Below, piece by piece: positions 1 to 10,390 of a DNA stretch of 64,000 bases. A model generated the notes under the pieces. It was not told the origin of the DNA and ran no database searches. It saw nothing but the letters and a program-made list of their open reading frames with translations. This DNA comes from Escherichia coli (GTDB taxonomy: Bacteria > Pseudomonadota > Gammaproteobacteria > Enterobacterales > Enterobacteriaceae), in NCBI RefSeq assembly GCF_003790525.1, contig NZ_CP033635.1; one strand, 5' to 3'. Numbering within the stretch: the first letter of the stretch is position 1; every line of letters starts with the position of its first letter. Both the position numbers and the translations under genes were made by a program.

Positions 1-1
1 C

Positions 2-772
2 CTCGGCATCGAAGCGGGTAATGCCTTGCCGCTCGGTCAGGGCGTGTGGGCGGAGATTATTCGCAACCGGATGGCGAAAGAGGGGTTAATCAGCCTGATC
101 GATAACGCCGAAGGCGATAACGGCTGGTGTCTGGCGCTGGTTGAGCCGGATGGCGAACGCACTTTTATGTCATTCAGCGGTGTGGAAAATCAGTGGAATC
201 GCCAGTGGCTGGCGCGATTAACCGTTGCGCCTGGCAGCCTGCTCTATTTTTCCGGTTATCAACTGGCCTCGCCCTGCGGCGAATTGTTAGTGGAATGGCT
301 GGAAAAGCTGCAAGACGTGACGCCGTTTATCGATTTTGGCCCACGTATCGGCGATATCCCGGACGCATTACTGGCGCGGATCATGGCCTGTCGACCTTTA
401 GTATCACTCAATCGTCAAGAGGCTGAGATTGCCGCCGAACGTTTTGCTTTATCCGCAGAGATAACAACACTTGGCAAGCAATGGCAGGAGAAATCTGCCG
501 CGCCGTTGATCGTTCGTCTCGATAAAGAGGGTGCATGGTATTTCAGCAACGACGCTTCTGGCTGCATTCCGGCATTTCCAACGCAAGTTGTAGACACCAT
601 TGGGGCGGGCGACAGTCATGCAGGTGGCGTACTTGCCGGGCTGGCCTCTGGTCTGCCACTGGCGGATGCCGTATTACTGGGCAATGCAGTGGCGTCGTGG
701 GTTGTCGGGCATCGGGGCGGTGATTGTGCGCCAACGCGCGAGGAACTACTCCTCGCACACAAAAACGTATAG
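2..772 (+). CDS. yegV: PfkB-family sugar kinase, C-terminal part (5' end lies outside the window)
   Basis: ORF runs in frame from the window edge to the stop at 772; translation has the C-terminal PfkB/ribokinase-like GAGD motif; sits upstream of yegW-yegX-thiD as in K-12. Confidence 0.75.
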   Translation, partial: LGIEAGNALPLGQGVWAEIIRNRMAKEGLISLIDNAEGDNGWCLALVEPDGERTFMSFSGVENQWNRQWLARLTVAPGSLLYFSGYQLASPCGELLVEWLEKLQDVTPFIDFGPRIGDIPDALLARIMACRPLVSLNRQEAEIAAERFALSAEITTLGKQWQEKSAAPLIVRLDKEGAWYFSNDASGCIPAFPTQVVDTIGAGDSHAGGVLAGLASGLPLADAVLLGNAVASWVVGHRGGDCAPTREELLLAHKNV

Positions 773-1492
773 ATCGCTGCGACAGTGGCTAATGCTGTAC
801 TCAATAGGCCGTTGCTGTTGGTCAAGCGCCACTTGCTTGATCACCAGCACCGGTATTTTGCTATCTAACTGAATATGTGACTGAAACTCGGCATCCGGCA
901 TCCGGGCGCTAACGCGGGAACGTGTACGTTGTGGGTAAATGTGCTGGCTGCGGAAATAGTCATAAAGTGAAATCCCGATGGCATCAACATCATGAATTAA
1001 ATGCGCCGGAACCCACGATTCCTCAATCGATACCGCTTCTTCATCGACATAGCGAATACGCTTAAGCAAAAAGACATCACTTCCTGCTTCGACCGCCAGC
1101 TGCTGCGCGACTTCTTCGGGACATTTCACGACACGCTTGTTAACCCATAGCGTATCGGGCTTTTTCCCGCGCAATACCACCTGCTGAGAAAAACCTCGCG
1201 CTTCTTTCAACGAGTATTCGAAGATGTTGTTGATCTGCGTGCCGTAACCGCGCGAACGCGTCACCACACCCTCTTCTTCCAGCGCCTGCATCGCCTTGCG
1301 CACCGTAATGCGCGAAACGCCGGTTAACTGACTTAAATCACGCTCACCGGGCAAAATATTGCCATGCTCCAGCACCCCGCTGCGCACGGCATTTTTTACC
1401 GTTTCGGCAAACTTAATATAAAGCGGCGTGTTATCCGCAGCTAAAATACGCTCGTTCAGTTGGGCAATCAGCTGGGTATGCGCTTGTTCCAT
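746..1492 (-). CDS. yegW: GntR-family transcriptional regulator
   Basis: 248-aa ORF with an N-terminal GntR-type HTH (LPGERDLSQLTGVSRITVRKA) and C-terminal effector-binding region; position matches K-12 synteny. Confidence 0.85.
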   Translation of the reverse strand: MEQAHTQLIAQLNERILAADNTPLYIKFAETVKNAVRSGVLEHGNILPGERDLSQLTGVSRITVRKAMQALEEEGVVTRSRGYGTQINNIFEYSLKEARGFSQQVVLRGKKPDTLWVNKRVVKCPEEVAQQLAVEAGSDVFLLKRIRYVDEEAVSIEESWVPAHLIHDVDAIGISLYDYFRSQHIYPQRTRSRVSARMPDAEFQSHIQLDSKIPVLVIKQVALDQQQRPIEYSISHCRSDLYVFVCEE

Positions 1493-1543
1493 TTGTCTTT
1501 TTCCTGCCAGGGAGTCTGGTGGGAGTATATCACTGCTTCTTAT

Positions 1544-2371
1544 TTAAGGCGTTTCTTTAATCCCATCAACGAATCCCTGCAACTCCTCCACCGTGCCATT
1601 AAACACATTAAAATCCACCGGACCATTGATGCCATCTACCTGTCCACGGTCGGAATGCTGCCAGAAGCGCCAGGCCATTCCGTCATTGTCCGGACGACGT
1701 TGATAATAGTGAGCCACCCACCACGGATATTCATTAAAATAGCCCGCCAGATTCGTGTGATAAAAAACGGCTCCTGAGTAAATAATCGGCTTTTTTCCCG
1801 TGCGTTTTTCTACCATTTTTAGCCACTGACTTACCCGCTTGCGTAATTCTTTTGCCGATAATTTTCCCCGTTCTTCTACGTCCAGCACGGCAGGGAAATC
1901 GCCTTGTGAGAAATCCACCGTTTGCAGAAATAATCGCGCCTGAACTGAAGCGGATACCGACGGGGAGAAATAATGATACGCCCCACGCAGCATGCCATTT
2001 TCGCGGCTTAGTTGCCAGTTACGCGAAAAATAGGGGTCCACCAGCTTTTCGCCTTCCGTCGCCTTAATAAAAGCAAACTGTAAGCGGATACCGTTGTCGC
2101 GCATTTTTGCCACCCGCTGCCAGTCGATCCGCTCCTGCCAGCGCGAAACATCTATTCCGTGAATGGTATAACTGGCAGGAATGCGAATTGCGAAAGATTT
2201 AACCGGGCGATAACCGTAGAAGTGGATGTAGTCTTTAATCTGAACTGCTGTCGAATAGAAAAAATTCACCGTCTGACGCGGATAAATTGCAATGATGGAA
2301 ATTAGCCCAAGAACGCATAATAAAGCGGTGAATTTTTTTCGACTGGTGATTCTCAGCTGCATTGGTTTCAT
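1544..2371 (-). CDS. yegX: glycoside hydrolase family 25 (lysozyme-like) protein
   Basis: 275-aa ORF with signal/TM N-terminus and GH25-like body; position between yegW and thiD. Confidence 0.75.
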   Translation of the reverse strand: MKPMQLRITSRKKFTALLCVLGLISIIAIYPRQTVNFFYSTAVQIKDYIHFYGYRPVKSFAIRIPASYTIHGIDVSRWQERIDWQRVAKMRDNGIRLQFAFIKATEGEKLVDPYFSRNWQLSRENGMLRGAYHYFSPSVSASVQARLFLQTVDFSQGDFPAVLDVEERGKLSAKELRKRVSQWLKMVEKRTGKKPIIYSGAVFYHTNLAGYFNEYPWWVAHYYQRRPDNDGMAWRFWQHSDRGQVDGINGPVDFNVFNGTVEELQGFVDGIKETP

Positions 2372-2426
2372 CCCTGAATGTCAGTGCCAAAGACTGACAA
2401 TAACCAAAGCAGCTATAGTACGGTGC

Positions 2427-3227
2427 TCACCACCAGGCGTGGAAGTGGTGAACCGGACCAATACCGTGACCAACTTCCAGCATGTCGGCCTGGGCTAACG
2501 CCGATGAAAGCCAGCTTTTTGCCTCCTGTACGGTGTCAGCCCAGTTTGTATGGCGCGGGCGTAGTGCAGCCAACGCCGCAGAGAGTGTACAACCAGTGCC
2601 GTGGGTGTTTTTGGTCATAATGCGCGGTGCGGTAAACCGTTGTTCACCCTCGCGAGTAAACAGCCAGTCCGGGCTTTGCTCATCATCCAGATGACCACCT
2701 TTCATTAGCACTGCGCCACAGCCCATCGCCAACAGCGATCGCCCTTGTTCCAGCATTTCCTGTTCGTTGCGCGCGTGTGGCGCGTCGAGCAAGGCGGCAG
2801 CTTCGGGCAAGTTTGGCGTTATTAATGAAACCTGTGGCAATAATCGACTGCGCAGCGTAGCAACCGCCGAAGGTGAAAGCAGCGGATCGCCGCTTTTTGC
2901 CAGCATAACAGTGTCGAGTACCACGTTTTGGATCTGATAACGTTGCAACCGTTCTGCCACCGCTTCAACAATATCGGTTTCCGCCAACATACCGATTTTA
3001 GTGGTATCGATTCGCACATCGCTGAACACCGAATCGAGCTGGGCGGCGACAAAATCAGGCTCAATGCGATACACCGACTGTACGCCACGGGTATTTTGCG
3101 CCACCAGTGCAGTAATAACTGAGCAACCATAAGCGCCAAGTGCCGAGAAGGTTTTAAGATCGGCCTGAATCCCCGCACCACCACTCGGATCAGTACCGGC
3201 AATCGTCAGAGCGTTAATTCGTTTCAT
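2427..3227 (-). CDS. thiD: hydroxymethylpyrimidine/phosphomethylpyrimidine kinase
   Basis: 266-aa ORF beginning [27 protein letters not shown] (ThiD signature); 4-bp overlap with thiM stop indicates an operon. Confidence 0.9.
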   Translation of the reverse strand: MKRINALTIAGTDPSGGAGIQADLKTFSALGAYGCSVITALVAQNTRGVQSVYRIEPDFVAAQLDSVFSDVRIDTTKIGMLAETDIVEAVAERLQRYQIQNVVLDTVMLAKSGDPLLSPSAVATLRSRLLPQVSLITPNLPEAAALLDAPHARNEQEMLEQGRSLLAMGCGAVLMKGGHLDDEQSPDWLFTREGEQRFTAPRIMTKNTHGTGCTLSAALAALRPRHTNWADTVQEAKSWLSSALAQADMLEVGHGIGPVHHFHAWW

Positions 3228-4012
3228 GCCTGCACCTCCTGCGTCAATTGCCAGAGCGCATCAAGGAAATGTGGAACAAAACTGCCTGGCCCCTCGCTTC
3301 TGGCGACAGCGCGTTCTCCGGCTTGTTTCATCCAGTGACAGGCAGATGCGACATTTTCCAGCATATCGCCTGGTAAGGCACAACAGGCAGCGACAACCGC
3401 CGATAATGCACAGCCAGTTCCTACCACTTTGGTCATTAACGGATCGCCACCGTGAATACCAATGATACGATGTCCATCGGTAACATAATCCACCTCGCCA
3501 GTGACCACGACGATTGCGCCAGTTTCCCGTGCCAGTGTTTGTGCAGCGGGTATCGCGTTAGCTGCGGCGTCAGTGGTATCCACTCCCCGTCCGCCATTAG
3601 CAATGCCAGCTAATGCCATGATTTCCGAAGCATTACCACGTATCGCTGCCGGTTTAAAAGATAAAAGTTCATGACAAAAATGGCGGCGATAATCGAGCGC
3701 ACCCACCGCTACTGGATCAAGCGTCCAGGGTGTTTGAGAGCTTTTTGCTTGCTCAACGGCAGCACGCATCGCCTGTGCGCGTGGCTGCGTCAGTGTGCCA
3801 ACGTTAATCAACAAGGCACTGGCGATAGCCGCAAACTGACTGGCCTCTTCGGTTTCGATAACCATCGCTGGCGATGCACCGAGCGCCAGCAAGGTATTGG
3901 CGGTAAAGGTTTGCACCACATCATTGGTCATGCAGTGCACAAGAGGGGAATGTTGGTGAAAAAGGTGTAACGCGTGCGCAGATTGCGCTGAACCCAGCAG
4001 GTCGACTTGCAT
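3224..4012 (-). CDS. thiM: hydroxyethylthiazole kinase
   Basis: 262-aa ORF, ThiM-like throughout; immediately downstream of a TPP riboswitch. Confidence 0.9.
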   Translation of the reverse strand: MQVDLLGSAQSAHALHLFHQHSPLVHCMTNDVVQTFTANTLLALGASPAMVIETEEASQFAAIASALLINVGTLTQPRAQAMRAAVEQAKSSQTPWTLDPVAVGALDYRRHFCHELLSFKPAAIRGNASEIMALAGIANGGRGVDTTDAAANAIPAAQTLARETGAIVVVTGEVDYVTDGHRIIGIHGGDPLMTKVVGTGCALSAVVAACCALPGDMLENVASACHWMKQAGERAVARSEGPGSFVPHFLDALWQLTQEVQA

Positions 4013-4155
4013 AGTTTGCTCCTGCCATAACGTGAAGAAGCAATGACCTGGTGGTCCGTGACTTCCCTACGCTGGCATTATCCAGATCAGGTGATACGGG
4101 TATTTCTCAGCCTTCACGCAGAAGGGCACCCCGAGTCGTTTGGTTGCGATGATAA
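4013..4155 (-). promoter_or_regulatory. TPP (THI-box) riboswitch in the thiM 5' leader
   Basis: Minus-strand sequence reads ...CGGGGTGCCCTTCTGCGTGAAGGCTGAGAAATACCCGTATCACCTGATCTGGATAATGCCAGCGTAGGGAA..., the classical thiM THI-box aptamer, directly upstream of the thiM start. Confidence 0.85.
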
Positions 4156-4234
4156 ATCGCAGAGGAGGATGGTAATGTCCAGCGCACGCGTTGTAAACGA
4201 GGAAAAACGGCAGTTTTACAATCGCGTTAATAAA

Positions 4235-4507
4235 TTATTTGATATATGAATCCAGCACCTTCAGAACGACATCCAGATCTTCTTCACGTTTTAGCTCATC
4301 CCCCTGGTGAACGATGTGTTCCGTCAGATGACCTTTAATCACTTCCCGCATCAGACCGTTTACCGCGCCACGGATAGCAGCAATCTGTTGTAAAACTGCA
4401 GCGCATTCGTGCGGCTCGTCGAGCATTTTCTTGAGCGCCACGACCTGGCCCTGAATCTTACTGGCACGCGCTTTCAGTTTCTGTTTATCACGGATTGTAT
4501 GAGACAT
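4235..4507 (-). CDS. rcnR: Ni/Co-responsive transcriptional repressor (CsoR/RcnR family)
   Basis: 90-aa [24 protein letters not shown]...; divergent from rcnA. Confidence 0.9.
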
Positions 4508-4555
4508 GGCAACACCTGGTTAACAAGAATATGAAAAATCATAGCACTATTAATC

Positions 4556-4590
4556 TACTGGGGGGTAGTATCAGGTACTGGGGGGGAGTA
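4556..4590. promoter_or_regulatory. tandem RcnR operator sites (TACT-G6-N-AGTA) in the rcnR-rcnA divergent promoter
   Basis: Sequence TACTGGGGGGTAGTA (4556-4570) and TACTGGGGGGGAGTA (4576-4590) lie between the divergent rcnR and rcnA starts; matches the known RcnR recognition motif. Confidence 0.7.
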
Positions 4591-4627
4591 GAATCAGATT
4601 GCCGAATTAATACTAAGAATTATTATC

Positions 4628-5452
4628 ATGACCGAATTTACAACTCTTCTTCAGCAAGGAAACGCCTGGTTCTTCATCCCCAGCGCCATCTTACTTGGTG
4701 CGCTTCATGGCCTGGAACCAGGGCACTCAAAAACGATGATGGCGGCGTTTATCATCGCCATCAAAGGCACCATTAAACAGGCGGTGATGCTCGGACTGGC
4801 AGCAACCATTTCGCATACCGCGGTGGTCTGGTTGATTGCCTTTGGCGGGATGGTGATCAGTAAGCGCTTTACTGCTCAATCAGCAGAACCGTGGCTCCAG
4901 CTGATTTCCGCAGTGATCATTATTAGCACCGCGTTCTGGATGTTCTGGCGTACCTGGCGCGGCGAACGCAACTGGCTGGAGAATATGCACGGGCATGATT
5001 ATGAGCATCATCATCACGATCACGAAGATCACCACGACCATGGACATCATCACCATCACGAACATGGCGAGTATCAGGATGCCCATGCACGAGCCCATGC
5101 CAATGATATTAAACGACGCTTTGATGGTAGAGAGGTCACCAACTGGCAAATTTTGTTATTTGGCTTAACAGGTGGTCTTATCCCCTGTCCGGCAGCAATT
5201 ACCGTGCTGTTGATTTGCATTCAGTTGAAAGCCCTGACACTGGGCGCAACACTGGTCGTCAGTTTCAGCATTGGCCTGGCGTTAACGCTGGTCACCGTAG
5301 GCGTTGGCGCAGCAATCAGCGTTCAGCAGGTCGCAAAACGCTGGAGCGGATTTAACACTCTCGCTAAACGCGCCCCCTATTTTTCCAGTCTGTTGATTGG
5401 CTTAGTTGGTGTGTATATGGGCGTACATGGCTTCATGGGCATAATGCGATAA
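4628..5452 (+). CDS. rcnA: nickel/cobalt efflux permease
   Basis: 274-aa membrane protein with a histidine-rich loop (HDYEHHHHDHEDHHDHGHHHHHEH). Confidence 0.9.
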   Translation: MTEFTTLLQQGNAWFFIPSAILLGALHGLEPGHSKTMMAAFIIAIKGTIKQAVMLGLAATISHTAVVWLIAFGGMVISKRFTAQSAEPWLQLISAVIIISTAFWMFWRTWRGERNWLENMHGHDYEHHHHDHEDHHDHGHHHHHEHGEYQDAHARAHANDIKRRFDGREVTNWQILLFGLTGGLIPCPAAITVLLICIQLKALTLGATLVVSFSIGLALTLVTVGVGAAISVQQVAKRWSGFNTLAKRAPYFSSLLIGLVGVYMGVHGFMGIMR

Positions 5453-5670
5453 CTCAATCCTTTAGGCTTGCATGTTATCTTCAGCCCAGGATGATTCTTA
5501 AATCAGCTATTTCCGCTGACTCTCTGCTCGCTAAGGATGCTTTTAGGGCATCCTTTCATTTACACTTTTTACGAAATCATGGGATCACTAACAAAATATC
5601 GCTTGTCAGTTATATTGTATGGCAGGAAAGATATGCGACTGATATTACAGATCCCCAAAGTGGAGAGTTT

Positions 5671-6009
5671 ATGACCATTAAAAATAAGATGTTGCTGGGT
5701 GTGCTTTTGCTGGTTACCAGTGCCGCCTGGGCCGCACCAGCCACCGCGGGTTCGACCAATACCTCGGGAATTTCTAAGTATGAGTTAAGTAGTTTCATTG
5801 CTGACTTTAAGCATTTCAAACCAGGTGATACCGTCCCAGAGATGTACCGCACCGATGAGTACAACATTAAGCAGTGGCAGTTACGTAACCTGCCCGCGCC
5901 TGATGCCGGGACGCACTGGACCTATATGGGTGGCGCGTACGTGTTGATCAGCGACACCGACGGTAAAATCATTAAAGCCTACGACGGTGAGATTTTTTAT
6001 CATCGCTAA
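5671..6009 (+). CDS. rcnB: periplasmic protein modulating Ni/Co efflux
   Basis: In-frame ATG at 5671 gives MTIKNKMLLGVLLLVTSAAWA... with a signal peptide; the longer ORF from 5491 is judged an upstream in-frame extension. Confidence 0.8.
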   Translation: MTIKNKMLLGVLLLVTSAAWAAPATAGSTNTSGISKYELSSFIADFKHFKPGDTVPEMYRTDEYNIKQWQLRNLPAPDAGTHWTYMGGAYVLISDTDGKIIKAYDGEIFYHR

Positions 6010-6036
6010 AAAAATCCCCCTCATCATGAGGGGGAA
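6010..6036. terminator. intrinsic terminator hairpin between convergent rcnB and yehA
   Basis: Perfect hairpin CCCCCTCATCATGAGGGGG (6016-6034), flanked by an A-run on the plus strand (a T-run on the minus strand), so it most plausibly ends the minus-strand yeh operon and may also stop rcnB. Confidence 0.6.
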
Positions 6037-6090
6037 ATGCAGACACCTTGTTATTTTTTATTATTAGCCACTTGCTCGTCTTGCTTGTTA

Positions 6091-7125
6091 TTAGTCGTAT
6101 TTCACGTTGATTAATGCGGTTGCCTCCAGTGCGCCAGATTTAACTTTGTTTGTATCGTAGACGTAGTAACTGGCTGTTATCGGAATTGAAACCGTTGTAT
6201 CTGTAAGTTTTGACTTTGCCGCAATTTCTTTTAAATTTGTGTATCCTTTGCTGTTATCAGTGATATTTAAAAGTGTGACTGGCGAACCATTACTTTCAAG
6301 AATAAATCCTACGCCATTATCTTCCGCACCTTTCAGTATTGTGTTGCTGTTGGTTAACAAGTCAGAACTTGATAAATACACCTGCATTTTCCGTGATGTT
6401 TGATTTTGTTGACCTAATAAATTTTTACAACGCAGAATAATATCCCCTTTTTTACTATTTATTGTTGCTTTGTTACCTGTGGCTGGTAATTGTGAAACGG
6501 GAATACCCTCTAAAGTAATTAATAAATCGTCCGGTTTGCAGGTTGTGGTTATCGGGTTGTATGACAAGGTCAGATTAAAGGAATAGACACCTGCATTTTG
6601 TGCCAATGCATTTCTATAGCTATTTACACATGCATCCCATGACTTGCCACCTAATAAACACAGTAGAAATTGTACTGCGGCACTCCCGCGTGTCGATGAT
6701 GAAGCACTGGATAATGTCGCAACACCATTAATCATCACTGAACCGCCGCCCCCCGCAGAAACATTCACTTTTGCATTACTGGCCGCAGGTGTCACCGTTA
6801 CCGAATAACCATTGGTGAAACTGGTCTGATTATTTGACAACGTGATGTTATTTTTATTGGTCCATTCAAAATGTAAATTTAATTTAATGGTATCGTTATA
6901 AAGTCCAACAATAATATCCGACGGGCTCATAGGGGTGATAGTATTTGTACTCACGCATGACGAATCATTAAAATTATGCTCATATGTCGCCATTTGTGTT
7001 TGAGTAAGTGCAAAATCCCCCTGAACAACCAAGTTGTGCTGAACAGATAACTCACTATAACATGCCGCATAGCTCACAGGCATAACCATCATCATTAATA
7101 TAAATAGCATTATGCGAATTTCCAT
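6091..7125 (-). CDS. yehA: fimbrial adhesin-like subunit of a chaperone-usher fimbria
   Basis: 344-aa ORF with signal peptide; last gene of the yehDCBA operon order. Confidence 0.8.
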   Translation of the reverse strand: MEIRIMLFILMMMVMPVSYAACYSELSVQHNLVVQGDFALTQTQMATYEHNFNDSSCVSTNTITPMSPSDIIVGLYNDTIKLNLHFEWTNKNNITLSNNQTSFTNGYSVTVTPAASNAKVNVSAGGGGSVMINGVATLSSASSSTRGSAAVQFLLCLLGGKSWDACVNSYRNALAQNAGVYSFNLTLSYNPITTTCKPDDLLITLEGIPVSQLPATGNKATINSKKGDIILRCKNLLGQQNQTSRKMQVYLSSSDLLTNSNTILKGAEDNGVGFILESNGSPVTLLNITDNSKGYTNLKEIAAKSKLTDTTVSIPITASYYVYDTNKVKSGALEATALINVKYD

Positions 7126-7140
7126 AGAACCACCTGACTA

Positions 7141-9621
7141 TTACTGGCAAATATAATTTCTACTTTCATCAATCTCTTTACCGAAGGTGATTGTGCATGA
7201 AAGTCCTTGTTGCTTATCAATTGCTACATTAACCGATGGCGGTACTTCATTGGTGCGAATAAATAACTGGCTTCCCTGACCGACAACGCCAATATTATGA
7301 CCATGGATATCATTGACTTCATAACCAAACATTAATGGTTGCCCATCCGCTCTTAACGCTTTTATAAACCAGGGCTTGCGCTGATCGGTATCAAAATTAA
7401 CCAGTACAACCGCGCCGCGATAAGGGGCGGCAATTTTCCGGTTGCCACGTAATTCTGCTTCGCTATCGCTTTGCGACACATCCAGCATCAGGTGATTTTC
7501 CCGATAAGGTGTCATTCCGTCGTATACCACCACTCCATTACGGTTTGTTGTGCGATATTTTTGCCCATTGACATAAGCATCTTTAATTCCTGGGGCATTC
7601 ATCACAGCAAACGTTTCGGAAAGACGGTTCGCCAGATTAACGCCACCCGACCAGGCGACAATGCCCCCAGAAACACTGGCTCCAGCCTGTCGATAAGTAC
7701 TCGACTGACTATAACTGCCATTCACTGTCGCAACCGGCGCGTTCCAGGTCAAATTCGCCCCAGCTGTCGTTTCATTTCCCTGATGCTGATAACTCAGGTT
7801 GACCCCATAGTTAAACTGATCCCGGCTTCCAACGGTTCCTGATAATCCCGTATTATTTGAGGCAAACCCCTGATCATCAAACGTCGTTGAGTTAGACATA
7901 TATATTTGCCGACGAGGCGTCGTAACGTCATCACCCCAATCAAAGGGAATCGATATAAAAATATTAAATCGTTTCTCTTCATGATGATTCTCGTCATAAG
8001 CCTGGCTTGCCGCGAGGGTATAGCTTATCCGCCGCCAGTTATTGGAATAACTCAACTGATAATCCTTACTGCTGCCGCTACGTCCCCAGTAATCTCGCCA
8101 TAACGTACTTAAGGACACAGAACCCCAGCCTTCTGGCAATGACTGGCTCATATTGGCAGAAAAGCTATTTTTACGGCCAAAATCGTTCTGGTAATAATCG
8201 GCAATGTCATAGACATCGTTTTCATCACAGCGATAATTATCTTTATTGTTTGCCCAAACGTGATCATTAAATGTCCGGTAATCACGCGATGAATAACGCC
8301 AGGCCGCAAGACCAAAACGCGTCGACGTTTGGCTCACAAATTTGTTGTAGGCAATTTGATAACTTTGCCCGTCAAACACATCGCCGTTGTCTTGTTTACT
8401 ATGCGACTTAGTGGCATCGACGGAAATGGCACCAATGCGTGTATTCCAGCCAGTCCCCAAAGTAAACGCGTAATAATTATTCGCGACCATCGAGCCGCCA
8501 TACAGCGTCAATAAATTATTAAAACCATACTGATAACCCACCTGGACAAATTCACTTTGTTTGCTCGCCCCTTCAATATGGCTACGACCCGCCGCAAAAT
8601 CATATTTCGACACGCCGGGTTGCAGCATATTTGGCACCGCTGCATAAGGCACCAGATAGGTGGTTACCGAACCGTCCGCCTCTTTCACGCTGACATCAAG
8701 ATCTGCTCCACCACCGGCCAACTGCAAATCTGTAATCGCGAACGGGCCAGGAGGAACCTCTTTCTGATAAACGACAAAACCATTCTGTTCAATAGTTACC
8801 AGCGCGTTACTCTGAGCAATCCCCTGCACCCGTGGCGTAAAATTTTGTTTCGAGTTAGGCAACATCTGCATATCACGAAACAACCGCACACCTCTGAAGC
8901 GAACAGAATCAAAAATATCGCTTGATGTGTACATATCACCCACGCGAAGCGTGCCGAGAAGTTGGGCAAATCCACGTTCCAGATACAGGGTATTGCTTTT
9001 CCACACCCCTGGATTGTTATTTGTTTTACTGAAACTGGCATCAGAATGCAGTTGCCACCCCAGTAAATTTAACCCGCTGTTAAAACGTACATATGTACTC
9101 TTGTTATTACCCGACGCTTTATAGTCGCTGTAATACTGACTCAGATAATAAGAGGTATAAAACGCATTAATACCCCGCTCCCAGTTTTCCGGTGGAACAT
9201 AGCCACTTTCCAGTTCTTCCACCCAGGCCTGCGGGACACTGAAATCGAGACGAAAAACCCCGATATCCCAGGTATAGCTCCCACCCTGAACAAGTTGCTC
9301 AAATGTTAAACATTGCTTACCGCTGGCGAAGTTATCGCTATTAATGCCTAACCGCTTGATAACTTCTCTTGATAAACATGTTTCTTGCGGGTTGTCTTTA
9401 ACAATAATCTCATATTTCCCGCGCCATTGCTTATTGACATAAATATCGATGTCATACTGCCCCGGTAAGGGTTGATTATCATCAAGACGAATATTTGCAA
9501 CCTGCTGGTCTTTCATTCCACCTATCATAAAATGGGTATCAAAGGTTTCTTCAGCTGCATAAGCTTCAATGCCGAGCAATAACGCTACGATTGCTGATGC
9601 AAGTGGGGTCATTCTCAACAT
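7141..9621 (-). CDS. yehB: fimbrial outer-membrane usher
   Basis: ~826-aa usher-like protein; start placed at the MLRMTPLASAIVALLLGIEAYA signal peptide. Confidence 0.85.
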   Translation of the reverse strand: MLRMTPLASAIVALLLGIEAYAAEETFDTHFMIGGMKDQQVANIRLDDNQPLPGQYDIDIYVNKQWRGKYEIIVKDNPQETCLSREVIKRLGINSDNFASGKQCLTFEQLVQGGSYTWDIGVFRLDFSVPQAWVEELESGYVPPENWERGINAFYTSYYLSQYYSDYKASGNNKSTYVRFNSGLNLLGWQLHSDASFSKTNNNPGVWKSNTLYLERGFAQLLGTLRVGDMYTSSDIFDSVRFRGVRLFRDMQMLPNSKQNFTPRVQGIAQSNALVTIEQNGFVVYQKEVPPGPFAITDLQLAGGGADLDVSVKEADGSVTTYLVPYAAVPNMLQPGVSKYDFAAGRSHIEGASKQSEFVQVGYQYGFNNLLTLYGGSMVANNYYAFTLGTGWNTRIGAISVDATKSHSKQDNGDVFDGQSYQIAYNKFVSQTSTRFGLAAWRYSSRDYRTFNDHVWANNKDNYRCDENDVYDIADYYQNDFGRKNSFSANMSQSLPEGWGSVSLSTLWRDYWGRSGSSKDYQLSYSNNWRRISYTLAASQAYDENHHEEKRFNIFISIPFDWGDDVTTPRRQIYMSNSTTFDDQGFASNNTGLSGTVGSRDQFNYGVNLSYQHQGNETTAGANLTWNAPVATVNGSYSQSSTYRQAGASVSGGIVAWSGGVNLANRLSETFAVMNAPGIKDAYVNGQKYRTTNRNGVVVYDGMTPYRENHLMLDVSQSDSEAELRGNRKIAAPYRGAVVLVNFDTDQRKPWFIKALRADGQPLMFGYEVNDIHGHNIGVVGQGSQLFIRTNEVPPSVNVAIDKQQGLSCTITFGKEIDESRNYICQ

Positions 9622-9636
9622 AGGCAGCTCCTGCAA

Positions 9637-10311
9637 TTAAATTTTGTCACTAATATAGTTGCCATGGTCATCGATAATGGTCAGATGCCAGTTATTTGCA
9701 TTATTACTTTTGACATTAACACTCTGACTTTCTAAGGGGGCAATCATAATAGTTTCATAATTGACTTTGACATTATTAGCTTTGACATCCGAAATCGTCA
9801 CCCAATTAGCTGAGTCATTTTTTATCACCAAACCATTGCCACTGCGATTTACCAGCAATTTTTTAAATGTCGCTTTATTTACCGGAGCAATACCCGCTGG
9901 CCGGTAAAACAACTTAATTCTGTTTTGCATCGCAAACTTCAGTGCATTCTTACCTTCTTGCTCTGGACTATTTGGTGGAATATCCAGAACATTCAGATAA
10001 AAAATGCTTTCTTTATTAGTGGGCAGTTTATTCGGCATAATTTTGATTTTTACTTGCTGCCCGGAATTTGCCCCTATTTTTGCCACTGGTGGCGTTAACA
10101 TGAAAGGAACCTGAATTTTTTCTGGTGGTAATGACGTATCGCCATCATCAATCCACGCCTGCAGCAGCGAAGAACGGTTTCCCTGGTTCATCAACTGCAC
10201 CATCACTTCTTTATTTTCTGCCGGGTAAATAATGCGCGTCCCGTAGATAACAATTCCGGCATGTGCAGGAAGGACCATAGAAAAAATGAGTAAAGATAAT
10301 AATCCTTTCAT
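9637..10311 (-). CDS. yehC: periplasmic fimbrial chaperone
   Basis: PapD-like chaperone; start placed at MKGLLSLLIFSMVLPAHA. Confidence 0.85.
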   Translation of the reverse strand: MKGLLSLLIFSMVLPAHAGIVIYGTRIIYPAENKEVMVQLMNQGNRSSLLQAWIDDGDTSLPPEKIQVPFMLTPPVAKIGANSGQQVKIKIMPNKLPTNKESIFYLNVLDIPPNSPEQEGKNALKFAMQNRIKLFYRPAGIAPVNKATFKKLLVNRSGNGLVIKNDSANWVTISDVKANNVKVNYETIMIAPLESQSVNVKSNNANNWHLTIIDDHGNYISDKI

Positions 10312-10390
10312 TTTAATGCCTCTTAAATTAAAAGGCCGCCATGGGATAGCGGCCATGTTTATTACCTGGAGAAACTTACAATTTTATTTA

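Noticed and set aside
4043-4249. 68-aa plus-strand ORF overlapping the thiM leader
   Set aside because: Overlaps the TPP riboswitch on the opposite strand; the riboswitch explains the sequence conservation.
4990-5075. Repetitive CAT/CAC-rich DNA in rcnA considered as a possible tandem repeat
   Set aside because: It encodes the histidine-rich metal-binding loop of RcnA; it is coding sequence, not an independent repeat element.
5491-5670. Upstream extension of the rcnB ORF (172-aa version)
   Set aside because: The internal ATG at 5671 gives a product with a proper signal peptide and matches the expected ~112-aa RcnB; the upstream extension has no secretion-signal logic.
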